64,000 nucleotides of DNA from Antedon mediterranea (taxonomy: Eukaryota > Animalia > Echinodermata). Every line of letters begins with the position of its first letter. Position 1 is the stretch's first letter. The notes under the pieces were generated by a model that was given only the letters and a program-made list of their open reading frames with translations, was not told where the DNA came from and did not search any database. Shown here one piece after another: positions 62,501 through 64,000 of this stretch. A program made the translations under genes and the position numbers. Where the stretch lies: contig NC_092670.1 of NCBI RefSeq assembly GCF_964355755.1, positions 38,304,388-38,368,387 of the forward strand. Direction: 5' to 3'.

Positions 62501-62559
62501 TCATTTGGAAAACAGGTGGAGATTTAACACTCAATTACAGATACAAATCAACTCACTGA
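53540..62559 (+). CDS. WDR48: WD repeat-containing protein 48 (UAF1, USP1/12/46 cofactor), 673 aa
   Basis: Exons 53540-53587, 54726-54869, 55358-55436, 55809-55891, 56260-56389, 56560-56750, 57084-57374, 57679-57769, 58153-58250, 58729-58836, 59160-59256, 59806-59892, 60710-60924, 61460-61536, 61854-62037, 62461-62559. Peptides [64 protein letters not shown]. Confidence 0.97.
54110..54377 (+). mobile_element. CR1-group LINE 3' fragment
   Basis: Translates to ...[27 protein letters not shown]; (GAA)n tail at 54357-54377. Confidence 0.75.
54888..55276. mobile_element. Decayed Harbinger-like MITE containing a nested hAT-like MITE (54926-55143)
   Basis: The inner element is the reverse complement of 24586-24784; the outer has a ttgacca...tggtcaa palindrome. 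Confidence 0.6.
55964..56092. mobile_element. MITE family A (degenerate)
   Basis: TIR and 21-bp repeats. Confidence 0.7.
56685..57061. repeat. ~95-bp tandem repeat (4 units) made of the WDR48 exon-6 end plus donor
   Basis: atgatgaaatta...ttagctgttaataaagatgccacacaagtaagtgtgaacacacattattaattatac repeated. Confidence 0.9.
57386..57532. mobile_element. MITE family A
   Basis: Both TIRs; begins about 11 bp after a WDR48 donor. Confidence 0.8.
58296..58410. mobile_element. Small Tc1/pogo-like MITE
   Basis: TA|CAGTAGATCCCTATT...AATAGGGGTTTGGCCG|TA; related remnant at about 36711-36759. Confidence 0.55.
58489..58621. mobile_element. MITE family A
   Basis: Both TIRs. Confidence 0.75.
59279..59695. 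repeat. 147-bp tandem repeat, about 3 copies
   Basis: tgcaaagatgtacacaca at 59281, 59428 and 59575. Confidence 0.9.
59927..60265. mobile_element. Unclassified element with imperfect TIRs and an internal tRNA-like segment
   Basis: ggccgggctgcaa...ttgcagccgggc; minus-strand A/B-box-like sequence at about 60070-60135. Confidence 0.5.
60346..60659. mobile_element. Harbinger-like MITE
   Basis: TAA|AGCTGCTTTGACAT...ATGTGAAAGCAGCT|TAA with extended imperfect TIRs. Confidence 0.8.
62066..62206. mobile_element. MITE family A
   Basis: Both TIRs. Confidence 0.8.
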
Positions 62560-62739
62560 ATATGTAAATGCAAAATTATTTTTTTAATTGCCAAAACAGT
62601 AGTTGATGTTACAGATTTTTGCATTCCTCATAAAATTATGCCATGTTACAGAGAGACAACATGTTATGGTTATACATATACTACATAGTACAAATGGTAC
62701 CTGCAAATCAAATTTCCTCATTCCAATATAAAATAAGAG

Positions 62740-62926
62740 TTTATCTGTCTACACTATCAAACTTTGTGTGACAACAAAAAATGTGATGGGCCCATATATG
62801 CTGGAATTGGCGCTTTACAAATTCGTATATATTATTATTATTATTATTATGATGTTGTCACATCACTACCATATTTGGGCACATCACACTTTTTTGTTAA
62901 ACTAGTTTGATAGTGTAGACAGAGCT
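62740..62926. mobile_element. MITE family A with a short L2/SINE-tail-like insertion
   Basis: Interrupted by gcgctttacaaatt followed by (TAT)n. Confidence 0.7.
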
Positions 62927-63008
62927 TTATAAGTACACACTTGTAATGTGTGTTGCAGTATGAGTGTGTGAGCAATCAGGAAACTGGGGATATTCTAATA
63001 GGTTCTTA

Positions 63009-63478
63009 AGTTCTGTCTACACTATCATCATGTCTATATATGGTAGTGATATAACCAAATATGGTAGTGATATAACCAAATATGGTAGTGATATAACCAA
63101 ATATGGTGATGATATGGCATCATCATGTCTATATGGTAGTGATATAACCAAATATGGTGGTGATATGGCATCATCATGTCTATATGGTAGTGATATAACC
63201 AAATATGGTGGTGATATGGCATCATCATGTCTATATGGTAGTGATATAACCAAATATGGTGGTGATATGGCATCATGTCTATATGGTAGTGATATAACCA
63301 AATATGGTGGTGATATGGCATCATCATGGCTATATGGTAGTGATATAACCAAATATGGTGGTGATATGGCATCATCATGTCTATATGGTAGTGATATAAC
63401 CAAATATGGTGGTGATATGGCATCATCATGTCTATATACATTTTTTTGTCACATAAGTTTGATAGTGTAGACAGGGCT
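63009..63478. repeat. MITE family A copy expanded internally into 21-bp and 51-bp tandem arrays
   Basis: MITE termini retained at both ends; unit TATATGGTAGTGATATAACCAAATATGGTGGTGATATGGCATCATCATGTC. Confidence 0.9.
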
Positions 63479-64000
63479 TTATGATACAGCATATAACTAA
63501 CTACTATACTGTAGTATAGACTGCAATGTAGTAGTAAATTTAAGCCTTGGAAGAATATATGAATATATTTTAGAATATAAGAGAAAGCTAAATGCATTCA
63601 GTGTCAAATACAGTAGTAGGATAATGTAAAAAAAGAATTGAATTAATTAACAAAAGATTAAAAACAAATAAGCTGGACTTTTGTACATATGATTTTTTTT
63701 TTACATAAACAAAATAAAAAATATATGCACTGATTAAAGATATGTATTTATTGTTAATAATAAAATCTTTACACTTAGTAATAAATCAAAACCTATTATA
63801 CTATTATAATATTTTTATTTGTATTTTATGTTTTATTTCCAATATTAGTATTTTATATGAATTATCATATAATATATGTGATATATATGTAAATATTTAT
63901 TTATAGTTAAATACCTGGAATAAAATTGATAAAACTTTCCCTTAGAAAATTGTTTTTGTGTGTGATTTGTCTTTAATCTTTGTCTACACTATCAAACTAG

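Noticed and set aside
71-62559. U12-type or non-canonical introns
   Set aside because: All reconstructed coding introns are GT-AG and none has the GTATCCTT U12 donor.
62964-63597. His/Met/Tyr-rich repetitive ORFs
   Set aside because: Translations of the MITE-derived 21/51-bp arrays.

Overview
AT-rich eukaryotic (animal, probably marine invertebrate) genomic DNA with spliceosomal GT-AG introns. I reconstructed five protein-coding genes by hand, with exon phases consistent throughout. ASAP-type ArfGAP (minus; 10 exons seen, runs off the window start) is head-to-head with the mitochondrial ATPase inhibitor ATP5IF1 (plus; 4 exons, absent from the ORF track). Next are TSEN2 (plus; 9 coding exons) and OSBPL1A/ORP1L (minus; 20 coding exons), which is head-to-head with WDR48/UAF1 (plus; 16 exons). 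Introns are packed with non-autonomous DNA transposons: over 30 copies of one palindromic Harbinger-like MITE, plus Kolobok-, hAT-, P-, Tc1/pogo-, Helentron- and Crypton-like elements. There are also tRNA-derived SINEs, LINE 3' fragments and minisatellites. I found no clear novel enzymatic system. The most interesting signals are: (i) 5-bp CAGTA/CTGTA insertions at TA sites inside MITE copies, matching Tc1/mariner excision footprints and possibly explaining the window-wide TACAGTA/TACTGTA excess; (ii) a candidate internal promoter in OSBPL1A with an in-frame Met-Met first exon, giving a short FFAT+ORD isoform; (iii) repeated tandem duplication of splice junctions; (iv) minisatellites arising from MITE sequence; (v) a spaced motif shared upstream of ATP5IF1 and TSEN2. 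Gene names rest on recalled similarity to vertebrate proteins, not on a database search. Repeat boundaries are approximate.
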